Shown here: positions 10,479-19,506 of the stretch, one piece after another
Layout: each line of letters opens with the position of its first letter
Position numbering within the stretch: the first letter of the stretch is position 1
From: a virus
Taxonomy: Duplodnaviria; Caudoviricetes
DNA length: 57,263 bases
Direction: 5' to 3' (one strand)
IMG/VR virus record: IMGVR_UViG_3300034156_000030
Location: 1-57,263 of that record
Notes under the pieces: model-generated
The model's database searches: none
The model's input: the letters and a program-made list of their open reading frames with translations, nothing else
What the model was told of the DNA's origin: nothing
Program-made: the position numbers and the translations under genes

Positions 10479-11283
10479 GAGGGCTAAGATTCGCTTTTAT
10501 TTGTACAGGTGCTAAATCAGCAAATGAACCAATAACAGCAATGATTTCGTAGTCTACAGAATTGAATTCATTACGTACGTATAAGGCTTCATTAGGATTA
10601 GCGGCTATTTGAGTTAAGGCATTATACCCAAATACTATATCTGGGTCCTCTATTAATGACTCAGTTTCATCAGACATCTTATTATCAACGGTATGATAAT
10701 AAACAGTCTCTTTATCGTTATGGTCTCCACCCTCAGTAAATTCTAAGTAGTCTATTACGTACGGCTCAGGATTATTAAAGACGTTTCTGGCTATCATACT
10801 TTCTTCAGTTTCACCAGCATCATCTGTCTCTGGACCTTCATCTTCCTCATTATAGGAAATTTTATCTGGTTCTAGGGCAGGCTTTTTACTTGTTAAATTA
10901 TACATTTTTTTTGCCTGCTCATACGGATTAGCATCTAGAGATGAACGAACAAGTGGATTATTATTCGTCCGTTCTACTTGAGATTCACCATATTCTTCAT
11001 CAGTCATCCCGTTATCAACATCTAAAGCACCATTCGTCGCTCTCTTTCCTCGAGTATTTTCTGATATCATTTGTATCTCGGCCAAATCCTCATTATAACT
11101 TTTCATGGCACTTGCATAACCAGTTTGATAAGCCACATTTCGAACACTATCTATCTCCTCTTGTAAAAGGTTTTCATAGAATTCCTCATATTTCTTCTTA
11201 CCTACAAAGAATCCTATAGTTACTCCCAATGAAAATATTATAGCATTTATAAGCATAGTTCCTCTAGTATCAAAATTATTCAT
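10435..11283 (-). CDS. Membrane-anchored acidic hypothetical protein
   Basis: N-terminal hydrophobic helix followed by an acidic region; GAGGAGG RBS. Confidence 0.7.
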   Translation of the reverse strand: MNNFDTRGTMLINAIIFSLGVTIGFFVGKKKYEEFYENLLQEEIDSVRNVAYQTGYASAMKSYNEDLAEIQMISENTRGKRATNGALDVDNGMTDEEYGESQVERTNNNPLVRSSLDANPYEQAKKMYNLTSKKPALEPDKISYNEEDEGPETDDAGETEESMIARNVFNNPEPYVIDYLEFTEGGDHNDKETVYYHTVDNKMSDETESLIEDPDIVFGYNALTQIAANPNEALYVRNEFNSVDYEIIAVIGSFADLAPVQIKANLSPRERYAKRKGNKPDA

Positions 11284-11315
11284 CTTTATTATCCTCCTCT
11301 TATTTTAATCAGAAT

Positions 11316-11570
11316 CTACTTCTTTATCATTTTTCCTAATAAAGTGACTTTATAGTCATCTTTTTCATCTGGATTTTGTGACTCGATAACTGTTAATTTA
11401 AATTCCATTATTATCATACTTAAACTACTACCTCTTACTGGTATAGTGTTTTCAGCATTTTTGGATGCTTCTAAGAATCGCATTGCGGCATCAGCTTCAA
11501 TCTTGTTTTTACCTTGGTATATTACACAAGACGCTACCATGCCTTCTTGAAATTCTAATGAATTACTCAT
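11316..11570 (-). CDS. Hypothetical protein (paralog family B)
   Basis: RBS present; shares DAAM.F...YKV..G pattern with 11907 and 13214. Confidence 0.6.
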   Translation of the reverse strand: MSNSLEFQEGMVASCVIYQGKNKIEADAAMRFLEASKNAENTIPVRGSSLSMIIMEFKLTVIESQNPDEKDDYKVTLLGKMIKK

Positions 11571-11590
11571 TTAATCATCTCCTCTCAGAC

Positions 11591-11845
11591 TTACAATATT
11601 AAATCTTTTAAAGAAATGACTTCTCCATTAATATCAATAATTTTATAATCTTTTCTTGATAAAACATGTACGATCTCTTTAAATTTATCTGGATTCATCA
11701 CGACGAATGATAATTCATAATCAGTTGCATCTTTATCGTGTCTTGGTGTTTTAGTTAATAATGATATCGAACTTTCAGTAATTAGACTTATCATTTTTTC
11801 AGTCAGCATAGACATAATATATTGTTTAAATTCATCTTCTGACAT
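11591..11845 (-). CDS. Hypothetical protein
   Basis: 84 aa ORF in a tightly packed minus-strand run. Confidence 0.55.
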   Translation of the reverse strand: MSEDEFKQYIMSMLTEKMISLITESSISLLTKTPRHDKDATDYELSFVVMNPDKFKEIVHVLSRKDYKIIDINGEVISLKDLIL

Positions 11846-11906
11846 ATATTTCTGATGATTAAGTGTCTCCTCATTATCAATCGATATTCCCCTTTCGAAT
11901 TAAATA

Positions 11907-12194
11907 TTAATGTACAATATCCCAAACCCTTAGTTCAAGTAAAATACCCTTTGCTACTACTTTGTATGTTATTTTATTAGTATTTAAACCATCCAATTCA
12001 ATAACAACTTCTTCTATTTCCAATACAAAGTTACATATTTCATCTGGTACCTCGTCTATATAAGCACCACTCATCGTAATAGGAATAAATAATTTTTCTT
12101 TTCTCATATTTTCTAAAGTATTAAAGAAATGCATAGCTTCAGCAGCATTGGTGTCGTTATACATGATAACACGTGCATCATCACCATCTACCAT
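11907..12194 (-). CDS. Hypothetical protein (paralog family B)
   Basis: GAGGTG RBS; AEAMHFF...YKVVAKG. Confidence 0.6.
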   Translation of the reverse strand: MVDGDDARVIMYNDTNAAEAMHFFNTLENMRKEKLFIPITMSGAYIDEVPDEICNFVLEIEEVVIELDGLNTNKITYKVVAKGILLELRVWDIVH

Positions 12195-12207
12195 ATTAAC
12201 ACCTCAA

Positions 12208-12414
12208 CTATCTTCCAATATCTATTTCTTCTACTCTAGAACCATTTAATAACTTATTTCTTTGACGTTCTAGGGTTTCTAGTGATTTTAGTAATAACTG
12301 TGTTGCTACACTTTCAGGAGTATCTAATTTTGTAATGGCATCTTTAACATTATGTATATCTTTATCTAGTTTTTCAAGAAAATCTAAAGCTTCTTTAAAT
12401 GTTTTAAAGTTCAT
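12208..12414 (-). CDS. Small coiled-coil hypothetical protein
   Basis: AAGGAGG RBS; heptad pattern. Confidence 0.6.
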   Translation of the reverse strand: MNFKTFKEALDFLEKLDKDIHNVKDAITKLDTPESVATQLLLKSLETLERQRNKLLNGSRVEEIDIGR

Positions 12415-12428
12415 AACAAATACCTCCT

Positions 12429-12773
12429 TTAATCAAAACACATTCGCCATTTACCTTTTTCATATCTGTCGGCTCGTTCTCCATCGTCGTTAATATCCAT
12501 AGTTTCATAATCAGAGTCATCATCCAACCAGTATAATTCACAGACAACATTTTTTAATGTTTTATGATTTACTATCATGTAACATTTTTTCTTTTTAAAC
12601 AAGTATAAATCATTTGGGGTAATCATTGTAAATATCTCATAAATAGGAAAACCATCTTCGTCAACAAAGATATTGTTATCTCTATCATAATACATACCGA
12701 TTGAATCACCGTTATATTCCGGAGGTATATCAAATGGTTGCGTATACATAGAATGATACCTTATAATAATCAC
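12429..12773 (-). CDS. Hypothetical protein (paralog family A)
   Basis: YYD..NIF.D.DG..I..IF..ITPNDLYLFKK motif shared with 12770 and 13493. Confidence 0.7.
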   Translation of the reverse strand: MIIIRYHSMYTQPFDIPPEYNGDSIGMYYDRDNNIFVDEDGFPIYEIFTMITPNDLYLFKKKKCYMIVNHKTLKNVVCELYWLDDDSDYETMDINDDGERADRYEKGKWRMCFD

Positions 12774-13024
12774 TCCTTTTTCTCATACATTGTATTATCC
12801 ACATCTATTGTTGGTAAAATATCATACGTCCATTTTAATTCATAAGTTATATTGTCATATTTTTTATGTTGAATTTTTATGTTAGTTTTATTTTTTTTGA
12901 ATAGATATAAGTCATTAGGAGTAATTGCTGTGAATATATCAAATAATATTATTCCATCTGTGTCAATAAATATATTGTTTATTTTGTCATAATACAAAGG
13001 AATATTATATATCACAGTAATCAC
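12770..13024 (-). CDS. Hypothetical protein (paralog family A)
   Basis: YYDKINNIFIDTDG..LFDIF.AITPNDLYLFKK. Confidence 0.7.
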   Translation of the reverse strand: MITVIYNIPLYYDKINNIFIDTDGIILFDIFTAITPNDLYLFKKNKTNIKIQHKKYDNITYELKWTYDILPTIDVDNTMYEKKE

Positions 13025-13034
13025 TCCTTTTAAC

Positions 13035-13217
13035 TTATACTTTAGGATTGTTTAACTGTTTTTCAATTGAATCTATTTGTGCTTGTAACATGTCTACTTT
13101 CGTAGCGTATGTCGCAATTGCTATCCGATGTTGAACTTGAACCTCAGCAAGTTCTAATTTCTTAGATCTTAACTGAAGTTCAAGATATTTACTATCTGAT
13201 GTTATCAAAATAATCAC
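13035..13217 (-). CDS. Small coiled-coil hypothetical protein
   Basis: 60 aa with heptad pattern. Confidence 0.5.
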   Translation of the reverse strand: MIILITSDSKYLELQLRSKKLELAEVQVQHRIAIATYATKVDMLQAQIDSIEKQLNNPKV

Positions 13218-13486
13218 CTCACTTTTAGTATAAATATACCTTTTATGGTTACTTTAAATCTTAAATTAAGTCTGTCCTCTATTTGTTGATCATAAGTTTC
13301 AAATAAGACGTCTGTTACTTTAATCCGAATATTATTTTCAATAAACATAAATGGTTCTTTGGATTCTTTCACAGCTGAAGCAAAATTAAACATATTAGCA
13401 GCGTCATCATGTTTTTCTGTATCTATAATGATCATGGACACGTCAGCATAACAGCACTTATCTAATGTTATTCTCAAAATAATCAC
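13214..13486 (-). CDS. Hypothetical protein (paralog family B)
   Basis: DAANMF...FKVTIKG. Confidence 0.6.
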   Translation of the reverse strand: MIILRITLDKCCYADVSMIIIDTEKHDDAANMFNFASAVKESKEPFMFIENNIRIKVTDVLFETYDQQIEDRLNLRFKVTIKGIFILKVR

Positions 13487-13492
13487 CTCTTT

Positions 13493-13702
13493 CTATTCAT
13501 CATAATAATCTACTAATATCTCACATAATATTTTTCTGTCATATCTATGAGGAAATACACAGTTTCCAGGATCTCTTCTAAATAAGAAAATATCATTGGT
13601 AGTTAGGAAATCAAATATATTGTATATCTCATTATAAAAATCTTCATAAAATATGTTTTTTTCTGTATCGTAAAAGATATACAATATACTATCATATCCC
13701 AT
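13493..13702 (-). CDS. Hypothetical protein (paralog family A)
   Basis: FYDTEKNIF...IYNIF..LTTNDIFLFRR; start moved to the ATG following the GAGGAGG RBS. Confidence 0.65.
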   Translation of the reverse strand: MGYDSILYIFYDTEKNIFYEDFYNEIYNIFDFLTTNDIFLFRRDPGNCVFPHRYDRKILCEILVDYYDE

Positions 13703-13874
13703 TTCTATGCCCTCCTCTAGATTAATCATATTTCTAGTCCTCCTATTTCGGATAATGTGGAATAAAGGTCTAAGAAACATCCATCCTGATCTGTACTCAT
13801 TATACCATTATCAAATAAATACAAATCAGGATAATCAAAGATGTCTCTGTAGAAACTTCCACTACCTACAAAGT

Positions 13875-14825
13875 TTAGACCTTTTGTACTGTGAAAAGAT
13901 CGTAGATAACTCCGTCGACATTAAAGTCAAGTAGGATACTATTTTCATGACCATTTACGAAATCTCTAGCTCTTGGTCTGTCGCCATCAAATATTCCGAA
14001 GTCGATGAAGTCATCACCAGCGCCTAGAACCCAACCAACAACTGCTCCAGCTTGAGACCTAGGAATTCCGAGAGAATCATATACTTCATTTAGGAATACA
14101 TGACCTCTTGCTCTTAACATGTCATTGAAGTAGTTCTGCTGAGCTTTTAAGAACATGAGATTATATTCTGCGGTTTTAGTCCACTGAGAACACATCTGAT
14201 CAAAGAATCTAGCATATGTGCTGAGGCCATTAGGGTCTTGTTCCACGATAGTTTTCTTTTCAGCTTTATGCTTAACACCATCAGTATCTGTGTAGGCGGC
14301 TTGAGTTATTTCATTAGCTCTTAGACCATTTTTATACATGTAGTCAGCTTGTTCTCCATGTTCCTCAACAACTCTCTTACGATATGCTGCAAAGCCCTCT
14401 TCAACCGCTTTAAAGGCTGCTACAAGAGCCAAATTTCTTTTCTTCATGATATTATGCCCACCAATTATACAGGCGATAGACGCGGCTCCTATAGCGATAG
14501 GAAGGCCATACAATTTTAGTAGTTCTGCGCCAGTTTGAAGATATGTTACCGCCAAATCTTTTCTTTTGTCGTTTTCAGTGTACTCATCTCTAGATATGGT
14601 TCCGTCTAATACCATATCCCAGCCCTCATGAACTTTATCAATCTTATCTTTATGTTCGTCTAAAACATACTCAATCTTTAGAGTTGCTTGACAAGCTAAC
14701 ACGGTTGATGTAATTATGCCGATTACACCAACTCCCAATAATAACTCAGGACTATTTTTTTGCAAGGCTAGTCCACTAGTACCCTTTAATTTAGCAAGAC
14801 CGTTCGTAACTTTTTCGAAATTCAT
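13875..14825 (-). CDS. DUF6353-like phage protein (paralog of 24909)
   Basis: KNSPELL.G.G, two hydrophobic helices, GHVFLNEVYDSLG, LDFNVDG motifs. Confidence 0.7.
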   Translation of the reverse strand: MNFEKVTNGLAKLKGTSGLALQKNSPELLLGVGVIGIITSTVLACQATLKIEYVLDEHKDKIDKVHEGWDMVLDGTISRDEYTENDKRKDLAVTYLQTGAELLKLYGLPIAIGAASIACIIGGHNIMKKRNLALVAAFKAVEEGFAAYRKRVVEEHGEQADYMYKNGLRANEITQAAYTDTDGVKHKAEKKTIVEQDPNGLSTYARFFDQMCSQWTKTAEYNLMFLKAQQNYFNDMLRARGHVFLNEVYDSLGIPRSQAGAVVGWVLGAGDDFIDFGIFDGDRPRARDFVNGHENSILLDFNVDGVIYDLFTVQKV

Positions 14826-14863
14826 AATAATATTCTCCTCTCAAAATACGGTTAATGTTGGTG

Positions 14864-14931
14864 AAAAAAGAAGAGTGTTGATTATTTTACTAATCTTGAT
14901 TCCTGTCTGCACATGGGAATCCATACTCTTC
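14864..14931 (-). ncRNA. Candidate structured small RNA A (three-way junction, ~68 nt)
   Basis: Starts immediately after a promoter motif; GAAGAGU/ACUCUUC closing stem, two internal hairpins, then a U6 tract; no RBS or ORF. Confidence 0.6.
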
Positions 14932-14956
14932 ATTAAACACCATGTTATTTCTGCGA
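14929..14956 (-). promoter_or_regulatory. Phage promoter motif, copy 2
   Basis: TCGC AGAAATA AC ATGGTG TTTAAT GAA. Confidence 0.75.
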
Positions 14957-15157
14957 GTTTATTATAGTACTAATTGATTTTAACAATTCACACTTTCTGA
15001 AAAGTCTATTTCCTAAATCTTTTATATTATGTCGAAGTTTTGTTTTTGTTTCGGGTGCATTTGTTTCACCCACATTTGATAACTCGGTTTCTAGACTATC
15101 AATTTGTTTATCCAAATCAATTACATCATTTATTAACATTTCAATTTTATTAGTCAT
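14945..15157 (-). CDS. Small coiled-coil hypothetical protein
   Basis: AAGGAGG RBS. Confidence 0.6.
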   Translation of the reverse strand: MTNKIEMLINDVIDLDKQIDSLETELSNVGETNAPETKTKLRHNIKDLGNRLFRKCELLKSISTIINSQK

Positions 15158-15175
15158 ATTATATGCCTCCTTTTT

Positions 15176-15385
15176 TTATTCATCATTCAAAGCTGTTACT
15201 TCCCAATGCTTAGCAGGCGTACTATAATATATGGTATTATCGTCGCCACGTACATCAAGAAGTATCTCTCCAAAGTCTTCAGGTTTTGGAGATGGAAATT
15301 TAGTAATAACAACACCAGTTGTTTCATTATTTTTGTTTTTTACTGTATCCATCAATGCTGGTTCTAAATCTTTAAAATAAGACAC
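15176..15385 (-). CDS. Small SH3/KOW-like hypothetical protein
   Basis: V.NK...TGVVI...LLDV...Y.TP...W beta-strand pattern. Confidence 0.55.
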   Translation of the reverse strand: MSYFKDLEPALMDTVKNKNNETTGVVITKFPSPKPEDFGEILLDVRGDDNTIYYSTPAKHWEVTALNDE

Positions 15386-15396
15386 ATTACACCTCC

Positions 15397-15591
15397 CTAA
15401 ATCTCATATAAATCAATTTTATTCACAGTTATTTCCACATCAAAATCTCTAAGTTTAATAGTGATTAATCGTTGGTCCTTATAAACAAAAGGATGTATTC
15501 GAAGTACAACTGCTGGTTGAAATGCGTATTCTTTAAAAGATTCTATTTTCTCATTTGAATTAGTAAAGATAACCGCACTACCCATTTTCAT
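15397..15591 (-). CDS. Small SH3/KOW-like hypothetical protein
   Basis: MKMGSAV...AVVLRI...ITI...V....L pattern; AAGGAG RBS. Confidence 0.5.
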   Translation of the reverse strand: MKMGSAVIFTNSNEKIESFKEYAFQPAVVLRIHPFVYKDQRLITIKLRDFDVEITVNKIDLYEI

Positions 15592-15605
15592 TATATATGC
15601 ACTCC

Positions 15606-16214
15606 TTAAGCTTTATTTTTCTGGCTCTCTAAAAATTCTTTTGTAGTAAATTCACCAAATTTTTCTTTCAACCATTTTTCCTGTGATTTGATTATAGCAT
15701 TAGCTAATTTATCGTCCAGTGGTTGTTTGTTCAGAAAATATTCTTCTAAAGGTTTACCATCTAAATAAGAAGTGGGTCTACCCAACTCATCAGCTTTTAA
15801 TCCATTTGTTGGGCAAGTTTGCCATAATCTTTTAGGAGCATCGTACGTATCATCTCCACCAACTTCCTGAATTACTACTATTTCTTCACCAGATGTCGGT
15901 GAGTTGTATATGTATATAACATCACCAATCATATTTTTTTCTTTATGTATTACTCGCTGTCCGATTTCAGTAGGTGTTGTAGTGTCAAGAGTGTTAAAAT
16001 AATTTATAACATCCTGACACATTACCTCTTCTTCAAATATAGTATTTAATGCCTCACCATTAGGAGACAGAATATATTTTCTTTCTATTACCTTTTGGTA
16101 CATATGTCCATCTTTGTAGAAGCATAAAACAAAAACTGCTGGGTTTGGATATTTTGGAGTATAATGTGTCTGCTCAATTTTAATACCCATACCCAATACG
16201 TTTAAAATATTCAT
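15606..16214 (-). CDS. Hypothetical protein with central SH3-like segment
   Basis: IGQRVIHKEKNMIGDVI segment resembles 15176. Confidence 0.6.
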   Translation of the reverse strand: MNILNVLGMGIKIEQTHYTPKYPNPAVFVLCFYKDGHMYQKVIERKYILSPNGEALNTIFEEEVMCQDVINYFNTLDTTTPTEIGQRVIHKEKNMIGDVIYIYNSPTSGEEIVVIQEVGGDDTYDAPKRLWQTCPTNGLKADELGRPTSYLDGKPLEEYFLNKQPLDDKLANAIIKSQEKWLKEKFGEFTTKEFLESQKNKA

Positions 16215-16231
16215 AATAATTCATCTCCTTT

Positions 16232-16483
16232 TTATTTATCCCAATCATCTATTATGATGTCAAAACCACAAGATTGTAATATTTTCGTTGACTCTTCATA
16301 AGTTTTACCATAAAAAGTGTGAGTAGACAAATAGTGATGTCCATTCCAATTTTTAAATTCCAAATCATTTTTAGGATGAATCCAACCACATCCATCTTTG
16401 ATTTCAAGGATATGTGTTTCTGATTCGCACTCAGATAATTCTTCCCAATTATGTATTATTTTAGGCATAATAACCTCTTCCAA
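16232..16483 (-). CDS. Hypothetical protein
   Basis: NWEELS, YLSTHTFYG; true start is probably MPKII. Confidence 0.6.
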   Translation of the reverse strand: MEEVIMPKIIHNWEELSECESETHILEIKDGCGWIHPKNDLEFKNWNGHHYLSTHTFYGKTYEESTKILQSCGFDIIIDDWDK

Positions 16484-16677
16484 AAGCTAGAGCGTTTAAT
16501 ATTAATAGCAGTATCAAAAGTAAACATTCTCGGCTCAATATCAAATTCAACATTATTACCGTTTCTTAATTTAGGATAATCTTTGATGTTAAAATCAAAT
16601 ATGGTACCTTCGATTGTTTGTATATAAGCAAAATCTTTACTCACTATACATACTTTACCATTACTCATATTAAACAC
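16456..16677 (-). CDS. Cold-shock-domain-like OB-fold protein
   Basis: G.V.....FAYI....G..F.F......L..G..VEF.I......A.NI resembles the CSD fold. Confidence 0.5.
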   Translation of the reverse strand: MFNMSNGKVCIVSKDFAYIQTIEGTIFDFNIKDYPKLRNGNNVEFDIEPRMFTFDTAINIKRSSFWKRLLCLK

Positions 16678-16699
16678 TCCATTCTTTTTAATTTAGATA

Positions 16700-17317
16700 T
16701 TAAATATCATCAAAAACTATGGGTATAATACTTCTAAGAAGAGATAAAGCCATATCTGCAACTTCTCTCATTTGAGGATGTGCTGTTTGAGCAGTTCTTA
16801 ATTTAAAGAAATGTCTCCATTCACGAACATTACCAGTAACGATAATCTCAGTTTTAAGACTATTAGGAAGAACAGACCTGGCTTCTTGAGGTGAAGCACC
16901 AGCTTTAAGTAAGGCTAAATATGATTTTTCTGCATCATTCATAGCACTAAGCCAAGTGTAATACATTTGATCGGTTCTAATATTCCAGAACAACGGCTCA
17001 ATAACAGATATCTCATCTTGTTTTCCATAGTTGCAATATCTTGTAGATTCCTGTGCGAAACTGAAAAGACGATGTCTAACAATTTCATGTGATACACCAC
17101 GGTCACAAATGAATTTAATTGATATGCTAGGTGCATGTTCGATCATGGCTTCATGACCTCTATCTATTAATGTCTTAACAAATTTAAGAGCTGAATCATT
17201 TGTTATTTTATCCTCAGATTTGTAACATATGCGACCAGCCTTCTCAATGGCTTTAAGTACATCCATACCATTAAGGTCAGGATTCATCAGTTCAATAGAT
17301 GCTTTAACAATATTCAT
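16700..17317 (-). CDS. thyX: FAD-dependent thymidylate synthase
   Basis: GH...IEH, RHR..SFAQESTRY, EARSVLPN, WRHF..LR motifs. Confidence 0.95.
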   Translation of the reverse strand: MNIVKASIELMNPDLNGMDVLKAIEKAGRICYKSEDKITNDSALKFVKTLIDRGHEAMIEHAPSISIKFICDRGVSHEIVRHRLFSFAQESTRYCNYGKQDEISVIEPLFWNIRTDQMYYTWLSAMNDAEKSYLALLKAGASPQEARSVLPNSLKTEIIVTGNVREWRHFFKLRTAQTAHPQMREVADMALSLLRSIIPIVFDDI

Positions 17318-17390
17318 TATTTATTCCTCCTAAAATTATCAACCTGAATATAATAACTATATCAATTATTGTCAATTTATCTTACTTATG

Positions 17391-17636
17391 TTAACTCTGT
17401 TCAATCACGGCGTCAAGTATTGTTTGTATATCTTTTGATATTATTTTTCTTTTAGTTACAGATATTTTCGCATTAATTTTGTTTAATATATTAATAGTCA
17501 TCAATTTTGCTACCATCTCTGTATCTATTTTACTATCATTTTTTGGAAATCTTATATTCTGTTCGCGATTACACTCTGGGCATAAATCTGTAGTAAATAC
17601 ACATCCACAGACATCACATGTTTTAGTTCGTTCCAT
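17391..17636 (-). CDS. Zinc-ribbon hypothetical protein
   Basis: CDVCG...CPEC. Confidence 0.6.
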   Translation of the reverse strand: MERTKTCDVCGCVFTTDLCPECNREQNIRFPKNDSKIDTEMVAKLMTINILNKINAKISVTKRKIISKDIQTILDAVIEQS

Positions 17637-17686
17637 TATATATTCCTCCTTAAATTAAAATTGTTATCTTTTGTATATTAAATATA

Positions 17687-18355
17687 CTAATCTAATAATT
17701 GAGTCTTAGGTAGATTCAGTAAATATCCAGACCTTACTCTCTGTACGCTGGCGCTACGCAAATCAGTCCATCCGTACTTATTGTCCGTGAAGTCGCTGTT
17801 AATTCCCACTAACTCATACAAATCAGCAACAGTTGCTTGTTGATAATCAATGGTTAAATCTACAAGATGAGCTAATACCTCTTCAGCTTCGCCCCTGTTT
17901 TCAAGTATAATCTCATCAAAGTCATGTTTAGCTCTTCCGCTCCGTGTCATTTCTCTTCCACCACGGTCTCTATCTTTTCTATCTCTGGAATCATAGTAAT
18001 CTCCATAACTAGTACGACTATTACTCATTCCACCTCGTCTAGAAGAATTTCGACCACGTTGAGTCCCATATAAAAGCATTTCAAGTCCGCCACCAATCAT
18101 ATCATTTATTAATGCTTTTGCAGCCGGAACGAGCACATCATGAAAAATATAACTACCAACACTTTGTGTATCGTCGCCTAGAAAGGTCTCAGCCAATCTT
18201 TTACCAAAACCTCTTTTTTGTTTCTTAACAACACCGGTTATAATTTTCTCAACTTTTTTGTCTTCCACTTTTGATTGCGTGGATTCTCTTCTAGATGTCC
18301 TAGAATTAGAAGGGAAATTATTAGTTCTGATTATTTCTTTCTCGCTGTCTCCCAC
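17687..18355 (-). CDS. Conserved phage hypothetical protein
   Basis: C-terminal R.EAE.V...ATVADLY..VG...KYGW..L...GYLL domain, shared with 18614. Confidence 0.7.
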   Translation of the reverse strand: MGDSEKEIIRTNNFPSNSRTSRRESTQSKVEDKKVEKIITGVVKKQKRGFGKRLAETFLGDDTQSVGSYIFHDVLVPAAKALINDMIGGGLEMLLYGTQRGRNSSRRGGMSNSRTSYGDYYDSRDRKDRDRGGREMTRSGRAKHDFDEIILENRGEAEEVLAHLVDLTIDYQQATVADLYELVGINSDFTDNKYGWTDLRSASVQRVRSGYLLNLPKTQLLD

Positions 18356-18357
18356 AA

Positions 18358-18522
18358 TTATTCCCCCTTCTTTTTAGAGTCTTTTTCTTTTCTTGACAAC
18401 CTACAAGAAGCGCATCTTTTGTATAGTTCTAAACCTTTATTAAAAAGCCAATTCGCCTCTTTAGAAGTAGTAGTGAATGCTTGTTTACAATCCTTACATT
18501 TACAACTAATATTTGCATCCAT
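18358..18522 (-). CDS. Zinc-ribbon protein (zf-trcl-like)
   Basis: CKDC...F.....E......KG....KRC..CR; start at the ATG following GAAAGGAG. Confidence 0.7.
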   Translation of the reverse strand: MDANISCKCKDCKQAFTTTSKEANWLFNKGLELYKRCASCRLSRKEKDSKKKGE

Positions 18523-18613
18523 GGTGATTTCTCCTTTCAATTTATGATGTTTAAGATTTAAGCCCTGAAATATACACATTTGTTTTACATTTATTCAATC
18601 AACTGTTAAAACA

Positions 18614-18979
18614 TTATTTAAACCAGTTTGGTTGACCTACCCGAAGTAAATAACCTTCTTTATGATGTGTTATTCTTATATGTAAAATATTAGTCCATCC
18701 ATATTTATGATATTCAAATTTAGTTGAGGTACCAACCATATCTGATAAATCAGCTAATGTTACTACACCATACTCTAATAAACAATTTTGCATTGAGTCT
18801 ATAACTTTTTCGGCATCTGCTCGCTCAGCAAACATTATGTCATAGTTATTATCGGAAGTTTTTACAACAACATCAAGCATTTTCTTCATTTGACATGTTA
18901 TTATTTTACGAGTAACATATATACCAATAAATGTTGATATAAGACAAATAAGAACTAAATTAATAATACTAATAAACAT
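18614..18979 (-). CDS. Membrane protein carrying the same C-terminal domain as 17687
   Basis: N-terminal TM helix; RADAEKV...VTLADL..MVG...KYGW...GYLL. Confidence 0.65.
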   Translation of the reverse strand: MFISIINLVLICLISTFIGIYVTRKIITCQMKKMLDVVVKTSDNNYDIMFAERADAEKVIDSMQNCLLEYGVVTLADLSDMVGTSTKFEYHKYGWTNILHIRITHHKEGYLLRVGQPNWFK

Positions 18980-19007
18980 GGTGATTTCTCCTTTCAACTT
19001 TACGGTG

Positions 19008-19030
19008 AAAAAGAAAGAGACCTAAGCCTC
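19008..19030 (-). terminator. Intrinsic terminator with stop codon in the loop
   Basis: GAGGC TTAG GTCTC TTTCTTTTT. Confidence 0.7.
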
Positions 19031-19360
19031 TTCTTTATATACCATTTCTAATCCACTATCTTTTAAATCTTCTTTGATTTTTTCTTTTGTTTCATCTGAA
19101 AGTTCATCATTATCTTCTGTAAACACACTTAACACTTTAGCTATTCTGTCTATAGTATTTCCAAATTCGTTCTTGGCTGCATTAGCAGCTAAACCCGCCA
19201 CAAAAAAACTTCCTACAGCTACGCATACTTTATTTAATGTCTTTGCGTCTACTGGTGTTGTTGTTTTGATTAAGTTTACTGTTACTGCTCCAATTCCTAC
19301 TGAAATTACTAGTCCTCCAATTAGCTTTACTGCCATTGTTCCTGTTTTTATCTTATCCAT
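19022..19360 (-). CDS. Membrane protein (two TM helices)
   Basis: Start placed downstream of the promoter motif and GAAAGGA RBS. Confidence 0.65.
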   Translation of the reverse strand: MDKIKTGTMAVKLIGGLVISVGIGAVTVNLIKTTTPVDAKTLNKVCVAVGSFFVAGLAANAAKNEFGNTIDRIAKVLSVFTEDNDELSDETKEKIKEDLKDSGLEMVYKEEA

Positions 19361-19384
19361 AATAATCATCCTTTCGATTTTATT

Positions 19385-19412
19385 TTCATTATAGGACAAG
19401 TTATTGGCGCGA
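19385..19412 (-). promoter_or_regulatory. Phage promoter motif, copy 3
   Basis: TCGC GCCAATA AC TTGTCC TATAAT GAA. Confidence 0.78.
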
Positions 19413-19506
19413 GTTATTTATGAGACGAACATAAAAACCAAACAATATACTTATTATTAAAAGAATACAACCTTGTTGATATGACATAAATATGTTCCTT
19501 TCTAAT

